From: an uncultured Candidatus Saccharibacteria bacterium
GTDB taxonomy: Bacteria > Patescibacteriota > Minisyncoccia > Phycocordibacterales > JACOZG01
NCBI GenBank assembly: GCA_964448295.1
Contig: CAYUVV010000001.1
Location: 89,838 to 142,064 of the forward strand
Length of the DNA: 52,227 nucleotides
Direction: 5' to 3'
The notes under the pieces are model-generated. The model searched no databases and was not told the DNA's origin. It saw nothing but the letters and a program-made list of their open reading frames with translations. Shown here piece by piece: positions 1 to 9,661 of the stretch. A program made the position numbers and the translations under genes. Within the stretch, counting starts at the first letter, position 1, and each line of letters begins with the position of its first letter.

Positions 1-1
1 C

Positions 2-181
2 GGTCTTGGGGTGACGATTATCAGTAGCGGACCAACCAAAGAAGAGTCAGTGAGGGGGATTCTCAAAAACGCCACCAAATTACGCGCCGTTTTGGATCAA
101 GCGGCTGATTTGGCCGACAGAGTCCGCGACCCCGGCATCCTGAGAGAAATTGCACGCCTTCGACAAACCGCCAGCGAATGA
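2..181 (+). CDS. 3' end of a hypothetical protein (truncated by window edge)
   Basis: Open frame GLGVTIISSGPTKEES...RQTASE ending TGA 179-181, followed by a terminator hairpin. Confidence 0.6.
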   Translation, partial: GLGVTIISSGPTKEESVRGILKNATKLRAVLDQAADLADRVRDPGILREIARLRQTASE

Positions 182-188
182 AGCTCTT

Positions 189-231
189 ACCCTCCCTCTG
201 CCCCGATTATGGGGTTAGGGGGAGGGTTTTT
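189..231. terminator. Intrinsic terminator hairpin between convergent genes
   Basis: ACCCTCCCT..CCCC / GGGG..GGGGAGGGT stem followed by TTTT; overlaps the stop of the minus-strand gene. Confidence 0.7.
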
Positions 232-772
232 GTATATGACGGGCGGTCAAAATTGCTTCTTTTAATTTTTCTGGATGAGGCAAGTTGGCGATTATTACTT
301 CTTTGATTGCGCCGGCGGTTTGCACATGCAGATTGCCGTAATGAAGCAGGGTGGGGAAGAAACCGCTGACCACCAATTTTATGTCTTGTATGTTGCCAAG
401 AGGAATCGTGGCGACGTCGCGGGAGAAAAACCCTAATTGCTCTATATCAATCAGCCGTTCACTGGTAATTATTAGGGCATCGAGATAGTAATCAGCGAAA
501 GTGGCGGCGAGAATGAGCCACAGGAGGGTTAGCCAGGCGGAGATGATAAAAACGAGTAGGGGCGCAGAATGTAAATCAACGACGAGATTACTCAACTGGT
601 TTGGCGAGTCGGGGAGCAATTGTCCCCCGTTGGTCATGATAACCACCAGCGCCACGATCGGGAGCAGCCCGGCAAAAATTAAACCCGTTGTCTGCATAAG
701 GAAAACGAACCAATGTTTGTGAGCGGTGAGAATTATTTTTTCTACCTCTCCTAACTCCACTAAATGTTTCAT
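215..772 (-). CDS. Membrane protein with bacterial PH (bPH_2/DUF304-like) domain
   Basis: Two TM helices then LIITSERLIDIEQLGFFSRDVATIPLGNIQDI...FGNL-like YGNLHVQTAG; start moved to ATG 772 (MKHLVEL). Confidence 0.75.
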   Translation of the reverse strand: MKHLVELGEVEKIILTAHKHWFVFLMQTTGLIFAGLLPIVALVVIMTNGGQLLPDSPNQLSNLVVDLHSAPLLVFIISAWLTLLWLILAATFADYYLDALIITSERLIDIEQLGFFSRDVATIPLGNIQDIKLVVSGFFPTLLHYGNLHVQTAGAIKEVIIANLPHPEKLKEAILTARHIQKPSP

Positions 773-783
773 TGTTGGATTGA

Positions 784-978
784 TTAGAGCGCGTTGGCGG
801 CAGCTATCATCATCCCGATGAAAACCAAACCAACTACGACATAAATAAACAGCCACACCGCGCCCCTTTCCGGTTGTAGAGCAAAACGCCACCAATGATA
901 CCACAACACAATACCCATTAGGGCAAAAGCGGCGATCACCAACAAAAGAATAATGGGGACAATGGCCGACATTTTCAT
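784..978 (-). CDS. Small two-TM membrane protein
   Basis: 64 aa, two hydrophobic helices flanking YHWWRF; TGcTAGAAT extended -10 immediately upstream. Confidence 0.7.
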   Translation of the reverse strand: MKMSAIVPIILLLVIAAFALMGIVLWYHWWRFALQPERGAVWLFIYVVVGLVFIGMMIAAANAL

Positions 979-1034
979 CTATATTCTAGCAAAATTTGGC
1001 AAACCGAGGCGAAAGTTGATAACCTGTGGTGGTG

Positions 1035-2864
1035 ATGGTTACGACGCGAAAGAAAATCAGACGGCAGCGGACTTGGCGTTTGGACGATATTCTGGCCTTA
1101 GCAGATTATCCAGCGCGGGTGGTGGCGGCAGAAAAATCATTAGACGAACTCACCTTGCGGTTTGAAGGATTAAACTCGTCGGTATCGCCGGCAGAATTTG
1201 CCAACTTTCTCGAGGCGGCGGAGAGTTTAACGACGGAGCTATCGCGTTTGACCTCCCGTCTTGATCTAATGGAGGCGCTAGATTGGCGCGACCCGGACGC
1301 CGCTCGTTTTCGTCCCCTGATTCATCGTTTAACTTTGGCTGGCTCCGCGTTAGCGCGGCAACTTGATCAATGGTTGTCGGGCCGGCGGTTGGCCAACAAG
1401 ATCGCGCTTGATGACGCTACCGCTCGTTCTCTGTTTGCCTCGGTGCCAAAGCTTGAATATCGTTTGTGGCGTAAGCGTCAAGCGGCACGGCATCTTTTGA
1501 GCGAAGCGGAGGAGAAAATTATCGATCATAAGGATCTTAACCTTGCGACCCCGCTTCTCGATTTGCATGATATTCGCGAGACGGAGGAAGAGTATGAATT
1601 GCGCTTGCCCGGACGACGTCCCCGCCGGATCAAAAGCCGTGCCGTTCTAATGGGTTTGGCTTCCGATCATCGGGCCGCTTACCGTCGCGGGTCTTATCAG
1701 GCTTTTTTACGGGTGAAGGATCATTCTGCCCACCAGAGTTTTCTCATCTATCAGGCGGTGGTACGGGACTGGGGCGACGAGGCGCGGTGGCGTAATTATC
1801 CGAGCCCGATCAGCGTTCGCAATCAGAGTAATGATTTGCCCGAGGCGGTGCCGGAAGCCCTGCTTTCAGCCGTAACCGTCGAGCGCGGGGTGTTCCAAGA
1901 TTTTTTCCGTCTCAAGGCCAGACGTTTGGGGGTAAAGAACCTGTCCCGTTTTGATGTGTATGCGCCGCTAGAATCCGCTCGTTTTTCGGCCCGTTATTCT
2001 TTTGCCGAAGCCGAAAAGATTGTTCTCCGCGCTTTCCGGCGTTTTTCGCCGCGTTGGGGCGATCTAGCCGAAAAAATCATTGCCGGTGGCCACCTTGATT
2101 CTCACCCGCGGGCGCGCAAACGAGACGGAGCGTTTTGTGCAACAGTGGCGCCGACTGTTGTCCCGTACGTTTTTCTCAATTACACCGATCGCGCGCGCGA
2201 CATAGCGACTTTGGCGCACGAGCTTGGGCACGGCATCCATTCTTTACTGGCGAGCCACCTACCGGCCAGTGTGCAATCAGCCACCCTGCCTCTGGCCGAG
2301 ACGGCATCCACTTTGGCGGAGCTCGTGTTGTTTGACGAGCTGTTAATGACCGCGCGGGGAGATCGGGAGCGGGCGGGGTTATTAGAGCGTCGTCTGTCCG
2401 ATGCTTATGCGACGATTTTACGCCAAGCAGAGATCGTGCGGTTTGAGATCGCCGCCCACCAAATTATTACGGATGGGGCAACGGTGGACGATGTGTCCGA
2501 TTTGTGGCTCAAGTTAACCCGAGAGCAATTTGGCGGCGCGGTGACGGTGCCCAGGATTTTTCGCCACGAATGGTCATACATTTCTCACATTTTCCACTCA
2601 CCTTTTTACTGCTATGCCTACAGCTTTGGTCAGCTGTTGGCTTTGGTTTTGTACGAGCGCTATCGGCAGACTGGGGTTCAATTTGTGACACAGATTGATG
2701 AACTGTTTTCCGCTGGCGGCTCCGAAGATCCGGTTGTTTTGCTCCGACGGATCGGCGGCGAGCCGGAGACGGTCGAATTTTGGCGTTCTGGTTATGCCCC
2801 CCTTACCCGCTGGCTTGCCGAGCTTGCTTTGGTTTATGATAAAGGCGGTTTATGGAAGAACTGA
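1035..2864 (+). CDS. pepF: M3 family oligoendopeptidase F
   Basis: HELGH zinc motif, KRDGAFC, LAETAST, HIFHSPFYCYAYSFG; start could be any of GTG 1026/1029/1032 or ATG 1035. Confidence 0.85.
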   Translation: MVTTRKKIRRQRTWRLDDILALADYPARVVAAEKSLDELTLRFEGLNSSVSPAEFANFLEAAESLTTELSRLTSRLDLMEALDWRDPDAARFRPLIHRLTLAGSALARQLDQWLSGRRLANKIALDDATARSLFASVPKLEYRLWRKRQAARHLLSEAEEKIIDHKDLNLATPLLDLHDIRETEEEYELRLPGRRPRRIKSRAVLMGLASDHRAAYRRGSYQAFLRVKDHSAHQSFLIYQAVVRDWGDEARWRNYPSPISVRNQSNDLPEAVPEALLSAVTVERGVFQDFFRLKARRLGVKNLSRFDVYAPLESARFSARYSFAEAEKIVLRAFRRFSPRWGDLAEKIIAGGHLDSHPRARKRDGAFCATVAPTVVPYVFLNYTDRARDIATLAHELGHGIHSLLASHLPASVQSATLPLAETASTLAELVLFDELLMTARGDRERAGLLERRLSDAYATILRQAEIVRFEIAAHQIITDGATVDDVSDLWLKLTREQFGGAVTVPRIFRHEWSYISHIFHSPFYCYAYSFGQLLALVLYERYRQTGVQFVTQIDELFSAGGSEDPVVLLRRIGGEPETVEFWRSGYAPLTRWLAELALVYDKGGLWKN

Positions 2865-3802
2865 TTGGACGATTTTCCGAGCAATGGCGGTGTCCTTTAA
2901 CACTGCTTAATGGGGCAGCTTTATCGAGCTACGATCACGCGGTGTTGGTTGGCCTTGGTGGTTCGGCTTTAGCGGCGGATCTATATCTCACCCGGCGGCC
3001 GGAAGTCCCGCTCCTTGTTTGGCGTGATTATAATTTGCCGGAGAGCCCAAGCGAGAATTGGCCGCGCACACGATTAATTCTTTCGTCTTATTCCGGCCAA
3101 ACCGCGGAGGTGTTGATGGCCGCCCGATCGGCGCGGGCGCGGGGTTGGCAACCGCTTGTATTGGCGAGTGGGGGCGAATTATGGCGTTTGGCCGAGGAGT
3201 GTAACTGGCCGCGGATTGTTTTGCCCGCGGGGTGGCCCCAGCGTTTGGCGGTGGGAGTAATGTTGCGGGCTTTGGCTCAAGCGCTTGGTGATGAAGCGAC
3301 AGAGAGCGACTTGCAGAGTTTGCCCGCATCTATTTTTACAGCGGCCGACAGAGAGCGGTCTTCGGATTTGGCTCGTCGCTTACGCGGCACGGTGCCCGTA
3401 GTTTATGCCGCCAACGCCCGTCGGGCGTTGGCCTATTTTTGGAAAATCAGTCTTAACGAAACCGGCAAAATGCCAGCGTTTTATAATGTTTTACCCGAGG
3501 CCAACCATAATGAATTAGAAGGTTTCGCCGCTCAAACAATGACACCGTTTTCTTTTATTTTTATCACGGCGGGAGATAACGAATCCGCCCCCATCGCCCG
3601 GCGTTTCCAAATTTTGGATCGTCAGATTAAATCGAAAGGTTGGTCGGTAGAATGGGTTGAGGCGGGCCATGATTGGCAGGCGTTGTTTCGAGTGGTCCTT
3701 TTGGCAACGGCAACAGCAACGGCACATGCCCGCCTGCTCGGTCTTGACCCGCTGGCAGTGCCGACTATCGACAAATTTAAAGAAGAATTATGCCAAACTT
3801 AA
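2852..3802 (+). CDS. Bifunctional phosphoglucose/phosphomannose isomerase (SIS fold)
   Basis: GLGGSA, SSYSGQTAE and PEANHNELEG motifs. Confidence 0.85.
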   Translation: MEELIGRFSEQWRCPLTLLNGAALSSYDHAVLVGLGGSALAADLYLTRRPEVPLLVWRDYNLPESPSENWPRTRLILSSYSGQTAEVLMAARSARARGWQPLVLASGGELWRLAEECNWPRIVLPAGWPQRLAVGVMLRALAQALGDEATESDLQSLPASIFTAADRERSSDLARRLRGTVPVVYAANARRALAYFWKISLNETGKMPAFYNVLPEANHNELEGFAAQTMTPFSFIFITAGDNESAPIARRFQILDRQIKSKGWSVEWVEAGHDWQALFRVVLLATATATAHARLLGLDPLAVPTIDKFKEELCQT

Positions 3803-4632
3803 TTGTTTTTGATGTTGGAGGCACCAAAACTCGCGTCGCTTTATCTCGCGATGGAGAAACCCTGGTTGGGGAACCGTTTATCCAGCCCACGCCGGCCAAG
3901 TTGGTTGATGGTCTCGAATTGCTCACCCGTATGATTTTAGAGTTGTCGTCTGGAGAAACGATCGCCGCGATTGCCGGCGGCCTGCCCGGCCCGGTTGATC
4001 GGCATCACGGGCGGCTGGTTGCTGCTCCTAACTTGCCCGGTTGGGTGGGGGAACCGATTCGGGAGATTCTAGAACGGCGTTTGCAGTCCCCGGTTCTTTT
4101 AGAAAACGATGCCGCGTTGGTGGGTCTGGGAGAAGCGGTGTTTGGCGCTGGTCGCGGCGAACGGATTGTTGCTTACTTGACGGTGAGTACTGGTGTGGGT
4201 GGGGTAAGGGTTGTGGAGGGGCGGATAGACGAGCGGAGTTTAAGTTTTGAGCCCGGGCATCAACTGATTGACCCGGGGCGAACTCTCGCACCCGAAGCCC
4301 CTGGACCGTATTTGCAGGATTTAATTTCCGGCCGAGCGGTGGAAACTTATGTGGGCCGGCCTCCAAGAGAGATCAACGACCAAAAATTCTGGGACAAGAT
4401 CGCCTACTGGTTAGCTTTGGGTTTAAATAATACGATTGTGCACTGGTCGCCGCAGGTGGTCGTGCTCGGCGGCAGTATGTTCCACGAGCCCGGCATTAAA
4501 ATTGCCGATACCGAGCGTTATCTAAAAGCGGTCTTGCGTATTTTTGATGAACCGCCGCCACTCAAACCAGCCCAACTTGGTGATTTTGGCGGCCTTTACG
4601 GGGGTTTGGCTCTGCTAAGAACCGGTCGTTAG
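3790..4632 (+). CDS. ROK family sugar kinase (glucokinase-like)
   Basis: DVGGTK, ENDA, TVSTGVGG, EPGHQ motifs. Confidence 0.85.
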   Translation: MPNLIVFDVGGTKTRVALSRDGETLVGEPFIQPTPAKLVDGLELLTRMILELSSGETIAAIAGGLPGPVDRHHGRLVAAPNLPGWVGEPIREILERRLQSPVLLENDAALVGLGEAVFGAGRGERIVAYLTVSTGVGGVRVVEGRIDERSLSFEPGHQLIDPGRTLAPEAPGPYLQDLISGRAVETYVGRPPREINDQKFWDKIAYWLALGLNNTIVHWSPQVVVLGGSMFHEPGIKIADTERYLKAVLRIFDEPPPLKPAQLGDFGGLYGGLALLRTGR

Positions 4633-4653
4633 GTTTCAAGTTATCCCCAGTGT

Positions 4654-4676
4654 ACCGCCCTCGCGCGGGCGGTTTA
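4654..4676 (+). terminator. Short GC hairpin after the pepF-PGI-ROK operon, directly followed by a TATAAT
   Basis: ACCGCCC-tcgcgc-GGGCGGT then TTATAAT. Confidence 0.45.
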
Positions 4677-4722
4677 TAATTTCAGGGTCGGTTTTAATAA
4701 TTAGCTGAAAAAGTTTCAAAAT

Positions 4723-7047
4723 ATGCCCGCCCACCGTCAAAAATCGAAAAAAACGACGATTTCTTTGAAAAAAATCCGCAAACGTGACGGAAGTGTGGTG
4801 GGCTTTGATGAGCAACGCATTGTAGTGGCAATAGGCAAAGCCATGAAAGCGGCCGGCGAGGGTCGGCAAGAAGTTGAGGGGGTGGCGGTGGCCGCGGCGG
4901 TAGTGCGAGAACTGAAACAGCAACTGAAAAAACAGCCAACCACATACATTCCTTCGGTGGAAGAGGTTCAAGACATTGTTGAGAGACAGCTTATTTTTCA
5001 CAATTTGGCCCGAGTGGCCAAGAGCTACATTTTATATCGTGAACGACGGTCAGAAGCGCGTCGGCTGCGGGGGGAAATTCCTAAGGAAGTGCGTGAGCTT
5101 GTTGGCCAAAGCAAGAAGTACTTTCCTAACCAACTGTCTGAATTTGTTTATTACACCACCTATTCGCGCTGGCTGGACGAGGAGGGCCGTCGGGAAACTT
5201 GGCTCGAAACAATTGACCGATATATCGGTTTTATGCGTGATCAAATTGGCGACAAACTGAAAGAAGCGGAGTATGCCGAGATCAAAGAATATATGCTTAA
5301 AATGGGGGCCATGGGGTCGATGCGCTTGTTGCAGTTCTCGGGCAAGGCCGCGGCTTCTTCGAATGTCGCGGCTTACAATTGTTCGTACTTGGCGCCGACA
5401 GCTTGGCAAGATTTTGGCGAGATTGTTTATATCTTGATGTGCGGGGCAGGAGTGGGTTTTGCGGTGCAAGAGGAAAATATCGGTCAATTACCAATCATTC
5501 GACGGCAAATTAGAGAAAAAGCCAAGACTCACATAATTCCAGATAGCCGCGAGGGTTGGGCCGATGCTCTAGTGCTCGGAATGAAGACTTGGGCTGACGG
5601 CAAAGACGTGGTTTTTGATTATTCCCAACTGCGACCACGTGGTGCTCGTTTGAAAACGATGGGGGGACGATCTTCTGGGCCGGATCCTCTGCGCAATTTG
5701 CTTGATTTTACCCGTGCTCGGATGCTCGCTAGACAGGGGCGCCGTCTGCAGACGATTGATGCGCACGATATTATTTGCAAAATTGGTGAAGTGGTGGTGG
5801 CGGGTGGGGTGCGTCGCTCGGCCTTGATTTCTCTCTCCGATCTCGATGACGTGGCAATGCGTGAGGCTAAAAACGGTCAGTTTTATCTAAATCATCCTGA
5901 GCGCGCCATGGCTAATAATTCGGCTGTTTATAACGAACGGCCGACGATGGCCCAATTTATGGAGGAGTGGTTCAATTTGGCCCGCTCCGGTTCGGGTGAG
6001 CGGGGCATTTTCAATCGCGGGGGCTTGAAAACCCAACTACCGGGCCGGCGCTGGAAAGTTTTCGAGCCTGATCTGAGCAAGAGCGGTACCAATCCATGTG
6101 GTGAGATTGTCTTAAAGTCTAAACAGTTTTGCAATCTGTCGGAGGTGGTGGCGCGAGCCGAAGATACCGAAGAAACTCTGCTTGAAAAAGTGCGAGTGGC
6201 CGCTATTCTTGGCACTTACCAAGCCACCTTAACTAATTTTCCCTACCTTTCTCCGGATTGGAAGAAAAACTGTGAAGAAGAGGCCTTGCTCGGTGTTTCC
6301 ATTACTGGTCAGTGGGATTGCCCGGTCCTGCGTAATCCAGCCACTTTTCGCAAGTTGAAGGAGATGGCATTGGAAACCAATCGTAAGTACGCCGCTCGTT
6401 TTGGCATCAATCCGTCAACTTGTGTGACGACTGTTAAACCTTCCGGCAACGGATCGCAGTTGTTCCACTCTTCTTCTGGCATGCATCCGCGGCACGCGCC
6501 GTTCTACATTCGACGCGTGCGGATTGAAAGCCATAATCCGATTTTTCAAATGTTGCGTGATTTGGGGGTGCCCTATCAGCCAGAGGTTGGTCAGGATCCG
6601 GCTACCGCTACGACCTTTGTATTGGAATTTCCAATTGCCTCCCCAAAGTCCCGGGCTTATCGGGATAGTTTGACGGCGATCGAGCAATTGGAGTACTGGA
6701 AGATGGTGAAAGAAAACTATACAGAGCACAATCCCTCGACTACGATTTCGGTAGGTGAGGAGGAATGGCTTCGGGTTGGTAACTGGGTATACGAGAATTG
6801 GGAAATGGTCGGCGGGTTATCGTTCTTGCCCCGTTCCAATCACGTCTATCGTTTGGCGCCCTACGAAGAAATTACGGAAAAACAATACAAGGAACTGGTG
6901 CAAAAGTTTCCAGAAATTGATTTTGCCAAATTGGTTCTCTACGAACACGACGACCAAACCGAGGCCAAGCGGGAATTGGCTTGTTCCGCTGGCACCTGCG
7001 AAATTGAGGTTACCTCTCCGGATGGCACATCCACAATTGCCATTTGA
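4723..7047 (+). CDS. nrdJ: Class II (adenosylcobalamin-dependent) ribonucleotide reductase with N-terminal ATP-cone
   Basis: ATP-cone KIRKRDGSVVGFDEQRI, AYNCS, VVAGGVRRSA, TNPCGEI, FCNLSEV, TVKPSG, C-terminal ACSAGTCEI shuttle cysteines. Confidence 0.9.
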   Translation: MPAHRQKSKKTTISLKKIRKRDGSVVGFDEQRIVVAIGKAMKAAGEGRQEVEGVAVAAAVVRELKQQLKKQPTTYIPSVEEVQDIVERQLIFHNLARVAKSYILYRERRSEARRLRGEIPKEVRELVGQSKKYFPNQLSEFVYYTTYSRWLDEEGRRETWLETIDRYIGFMRDQIGDKLKEAEYAEIKEYMLKMGAMGSMRLLQFSGKAAASSNVAAYNCSYLAPTAWQDFGEIVYILMCGAGVGFAVQEENIGQLPIIRRQIREKAKTHIIPDSREGWADALVLGMKTWADGKDVVFDYSQLRPRGARLKTMGGRSSGPDPLRNLLDFTRARMLARQGRRLQTIDAHDIICKIGEVVVAGGVRRSALISLSDLDDVAMREAKNGQFYLNHPERAMANNSAVYNERPTMAQFMEEWFNLARSGSGERGIFNRGGLKTQLPGRRWKVFEPDLSKSGTNPCGEIVLKSKQFCNLSEVVARAEDTEETLLEKVRVAAILGTYQATLTNFPYLSPDWKKNCEEEALLGVSITGQWDCPVLRNPATFRKLKEMALETNRKYAARFGINPSTCVTTVKPSGNGSQLFHSSSGMHPRHAPFYIRRVRIESHNPIFQMLRDLGVPYQPEVGQDPATATTFVLEFPIASPKSRAYRDSLTAIEQLEYWKMVKENYTEHNPSTTISVGEEEWLRVGNWVYENWEMVGGLSFLPRSNHVYRLAPYEEITEKQYKELVQKFPEIDFAKLVLYEHDDQTEAKRELACSAGTCEIEVTSPDGTSTIAI

Positions 7048-7071
7048 GATTTTATTTGGTATTATTGTTCC

Positions 7072-7483
7072 GCCGGTTATGGAATGATCTTTTGCCAGAT
7101 GACCGCTCTCGCCTGCCGTTTCGGTTGGCGGGGGAGGAAAGTCCGAACACCGTCAAAAATGGTAGTGGGTAACACCCATCGCCCGCTCGGTGACGAGTGA
7201 GGCAGGGACAGTGCCACAGAGACAAATACTATCCGCCGTTAGGGCGGAGAAAGGTGAAAAGTCTGCTGATGTTCTTTTGGGGGCAACAGCAGAGCCCATT
7301 CGCCGTTTGGTGGGTGGGCGGGTAAACCCTACCTGGTGCAAGGCCGTGTCCGTCCGCCACTGGCAGACGGAAGTGCCGCTTGATCTTGCGAGCAATTGCA
7401 AGACTAGATAAATGGTCATCATCCGCCATCAGGCGGAACAGAATTCGGCTTATCGGCGACTGATTATTTTTATTTCAACCGGT
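7072..7483 (+). ncRNA. rnpB: RNase P RNA (core approx. 7091-7460; ends approximate)
   Basis: GAGGAAAGTCC (7134-7144), AGTGCCACAGA, GGTAAACCC, GCAAGGCC, ACAGAATTCGGCTTAT; 5'/3' ends can pair (CCGGTT/AACCGG). Confidence 0.95.
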
Positions 7484-7498
7484 AATTTTGGTATGTCT

Positions 7499-7532
7499 CA
7501 GCCCCGATTCCGCTTAAGGCGGGTCGGGGCTG
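7499..7532 (+). terminator. Hairpin downstream of rnpB
   Basis: CAGCCCCGATTCCGC / GCGGGTCGGGGCTG stem. Confidence 0.6.
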
Positions 7533-7578
7533 GGCCGCTTTTCGGTTCCTCGATCCTTAGTTATACTGAAAAGATAAA

Positions 7579-9639
7579 ATGCGTTTAGTTTTTTTGGTGG
7601 CCGTCGGCCTGCTTGCTTGGATTGGTTTGCCTGATTCTTGGCTGTCTTTGCCGGCGGTTAAGGAATTGACGGCGGGCAGTTTAATTTTAGTGGCTTCTTT
7701 GACCGGGCTCTGGTCATCGTTTCGTTCGGGGGTGTTGTCGTGGTTTTCTGGTTGGTGGGCGATCAGTTATTTCGTCCTCGCGGTCGTCGGCCTGGTCGCC
7801 TGGAGTTTGTCTGCGGGAACAATTGTAAGCATCGCTCCGAGTCTGGTTCTCGGTTTGGCGTTCATTTTAACAGCCTTCTCCGGTGGCGATGAGGTTTTTC
7901 GTCAGCGCTTATTTTTGGTCGGAATAGCGACTGGTTTTATTGCAATTCTGATTCAGCTTTTTTATTTTCCTGACGCGATCGCTGGTTCTTGGTTTGACCT
8001 TGGTTGGCTAGCTGTTTTGGCATTAGTGTTTGGTTCAGTTGTGCTAGATGGGGGAGGCCTGGTTCGAGCAAAAAAAATCGTCGTCTGGTTTTTAACTGTC
8101 GCTGGCTTAGTCGGAATGATTTTTACCAACCAGTGGTTTTTGTGGTTAATTGCGGTTTTGGGGCTGGGTTTGATCATAGTGAGCGGCTGGCGATTCGCTC
8201 GTTGGTGGCCGCACTCGACGGCCGCATTTGTTCTCACAGTTTTTGGCGCTTTTTCTTTGTCGTCGGTTACCCCCCTTGGCCATTTTTGGCAAGAGCAATT
8301 ACGAACTTGGGGGGTTGGACGGGAAACGTCAGTGATGACTTGGTCGGCGGCGTTTGAGTTGGCTGCGCGTGCCACTCCTACTCAAAAAATTTTTGGTTAT
8401 GGCTGGGGGCGCCTGGCCGACGCTTGGCGGGAGCACCGCCCTGTCCCCACCCCGATTTCGCCAGATGGTTTTTTTACCGACGTTGATCGCGGTCCTGGGT
8501 GGTTGGCGACTTGGACGCTCGAAACCGGCGCGCTTGGTCTCGGGGCTTGGTTATTTTTTAGTGTTTGTGGGTTTATAGTTTACGGTCGGATTTTTTATGA
8601 TTGGTGGCGCCGTCAATCGCCAACCGGGGAGCCGCCGGATTTTTTTCCTGTGGTTAGCGTGGCGGGCGCGTCGATGAGTCTTTTGATTTTTTGGTTTTGG
8701 CCACTCGGTTTTGTAGGAGCATTTTACGCTGTGATTATTTTGAGTTTACCCGTGGCCGGCATTGGCGCTAATCGGATGTTTTTGCGCCGATCGATCGTGC
8801 TACGCGAGCTCAACCCTGGCTTCCGGATCTGGTTTTACGTGCTTGGGATTGCCGCGGCTCTGCTTTTGGCGATCGTTCTGTTTTATTTAGTGATTGGTTC
8901 TGTGGCTCGAGCCTATGCCGAACGGGCTGAACGGTTTTTGGTTCTCAATCCAGACTCGATTTTATCTCTTGATTTGGCCAACACGGCCGTTTACTGGCGC
9001 GCTCACGACGACGATTACTGGCGGGTTGTTACAGCCGCGCGTCTTCAGCAATTCAACACCGCTCTTCGTTCCAAATTAACGACAACCGATGACAAGCTCG
9101 CTTCTCTCACTAAAGATTTATTGGCGGTGGCGGCGAAGGCAGTTGAACTGAACCCCGCCGATGCGCGGAATTGGTTTAGCCAAGGATACGTTTTTGAGTT
9201 TCTGGCAATGGCCGGCTTGCCTGGCGCTTGGCCCCAAGCGGCGGAGGCCTATCGCAAGGCGGCCGGCCTCGATCCTTACCAGCCGCTACGTAATCTGGCC
9301 GCCGCCCGCGCTTTGGTTGAGGCGGGTGATAAAACAGACGGGCCCGACTTTTATTTAGGCCGGTTTTTGTCAGCCTCGGCTGAGGAACCGTCCGCTTGGT
9401 TTCAGGCCGGTTATATTTTTTACAATGTTGAGAATTGGGAACGGGCAGCGGCGTTATTTGAGCAGGCCTTAGTCCTCGACCAGAATTACGCCGATGCTCG
9501 ATATCTACTTGCATTGAGCGAAGAACGTTTGGGTCTTACGGAACGAGCTTTGGCCAATTTGCGCTTGGTGGCGGCTGCCAACCCCGAGCATCCGGCGGTG
9601 GCAGAAGCACTATCGCGCTTGACCGTAGACCCGCTCTAG
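7579..9639 (+). CDS. Polytopic membrane protein (O-antigen-ligase-like) with C-terminal TPR repeats
   Basis: About 12 TM segments; FGYGWGR..., ETGALG; C-terminal AVELNP, AAALFEQALVLDQNYADARYLLA TPR patterns. Confidence 0.65.
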   Translation: MRLVFLVAVGLLAWIGLPDSWLSLPAVKELTAGSLILVASLTGLWSSFRSGVLSWFSGWWAISYFVLAVVGLVAWSLSAGTIVSIAPSLVLGLAFILTAFSGGDEVFRQRLFLVGIATGFIAILIQLFYFPDAIAGSWFDLGWLAVLALVFGSVVLDGGGLVRAKKIVVWFLTVAGLVGMIFTNQWFLWLIAVLGLGLIIVSGWRFARWWPHSTAAFVLTVFGAFSLSSVTPLGHFWQEQLRTWGVGRETSVMTWSAAFELAARATPTQKIFGYGWGRLADAWREHRPVPTPISPDGFFTDVDRGPGWLATWTLETGALGLGAWLFFSVCGFIVYGRIFYDWWRRQSPTGEPPDFFPVVSVAGASMSLLIFWFWPLGFVGAFYAVIILSLPVAGIGANRMFLRRSIVLRELNPGFRIWFYVLGIAAALLLAIVLFYLVIGSVARAYAERAERFLVLNPDSILSLDLANTAVYWRAHDDDYWRVVTAARLQQFNTALRSKLTTTDDKLASLTKDLLAVAAKAVELNPADARNWFSQGYVFEFLAMAGLPGAWPQAAEAYRKAAGLDPYQPLRNLAAARALVEAGDKTDGPDFYLGRFLSASAEEPSAWFQAGYIFYNVENWERAAALFEQALVLDQNYADARYLLALSEERLGLTERALANLRLVAAANPEHPAVAEALSRLTVDPL

Positions 9640-9661
9640 ACCATTCTTTGGTAGCCAAATT

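Noticed and set aside
7153-7429. Three short ORFs in the nrdJ downstream region
   Set aside because: They overlap the RNase P RNA
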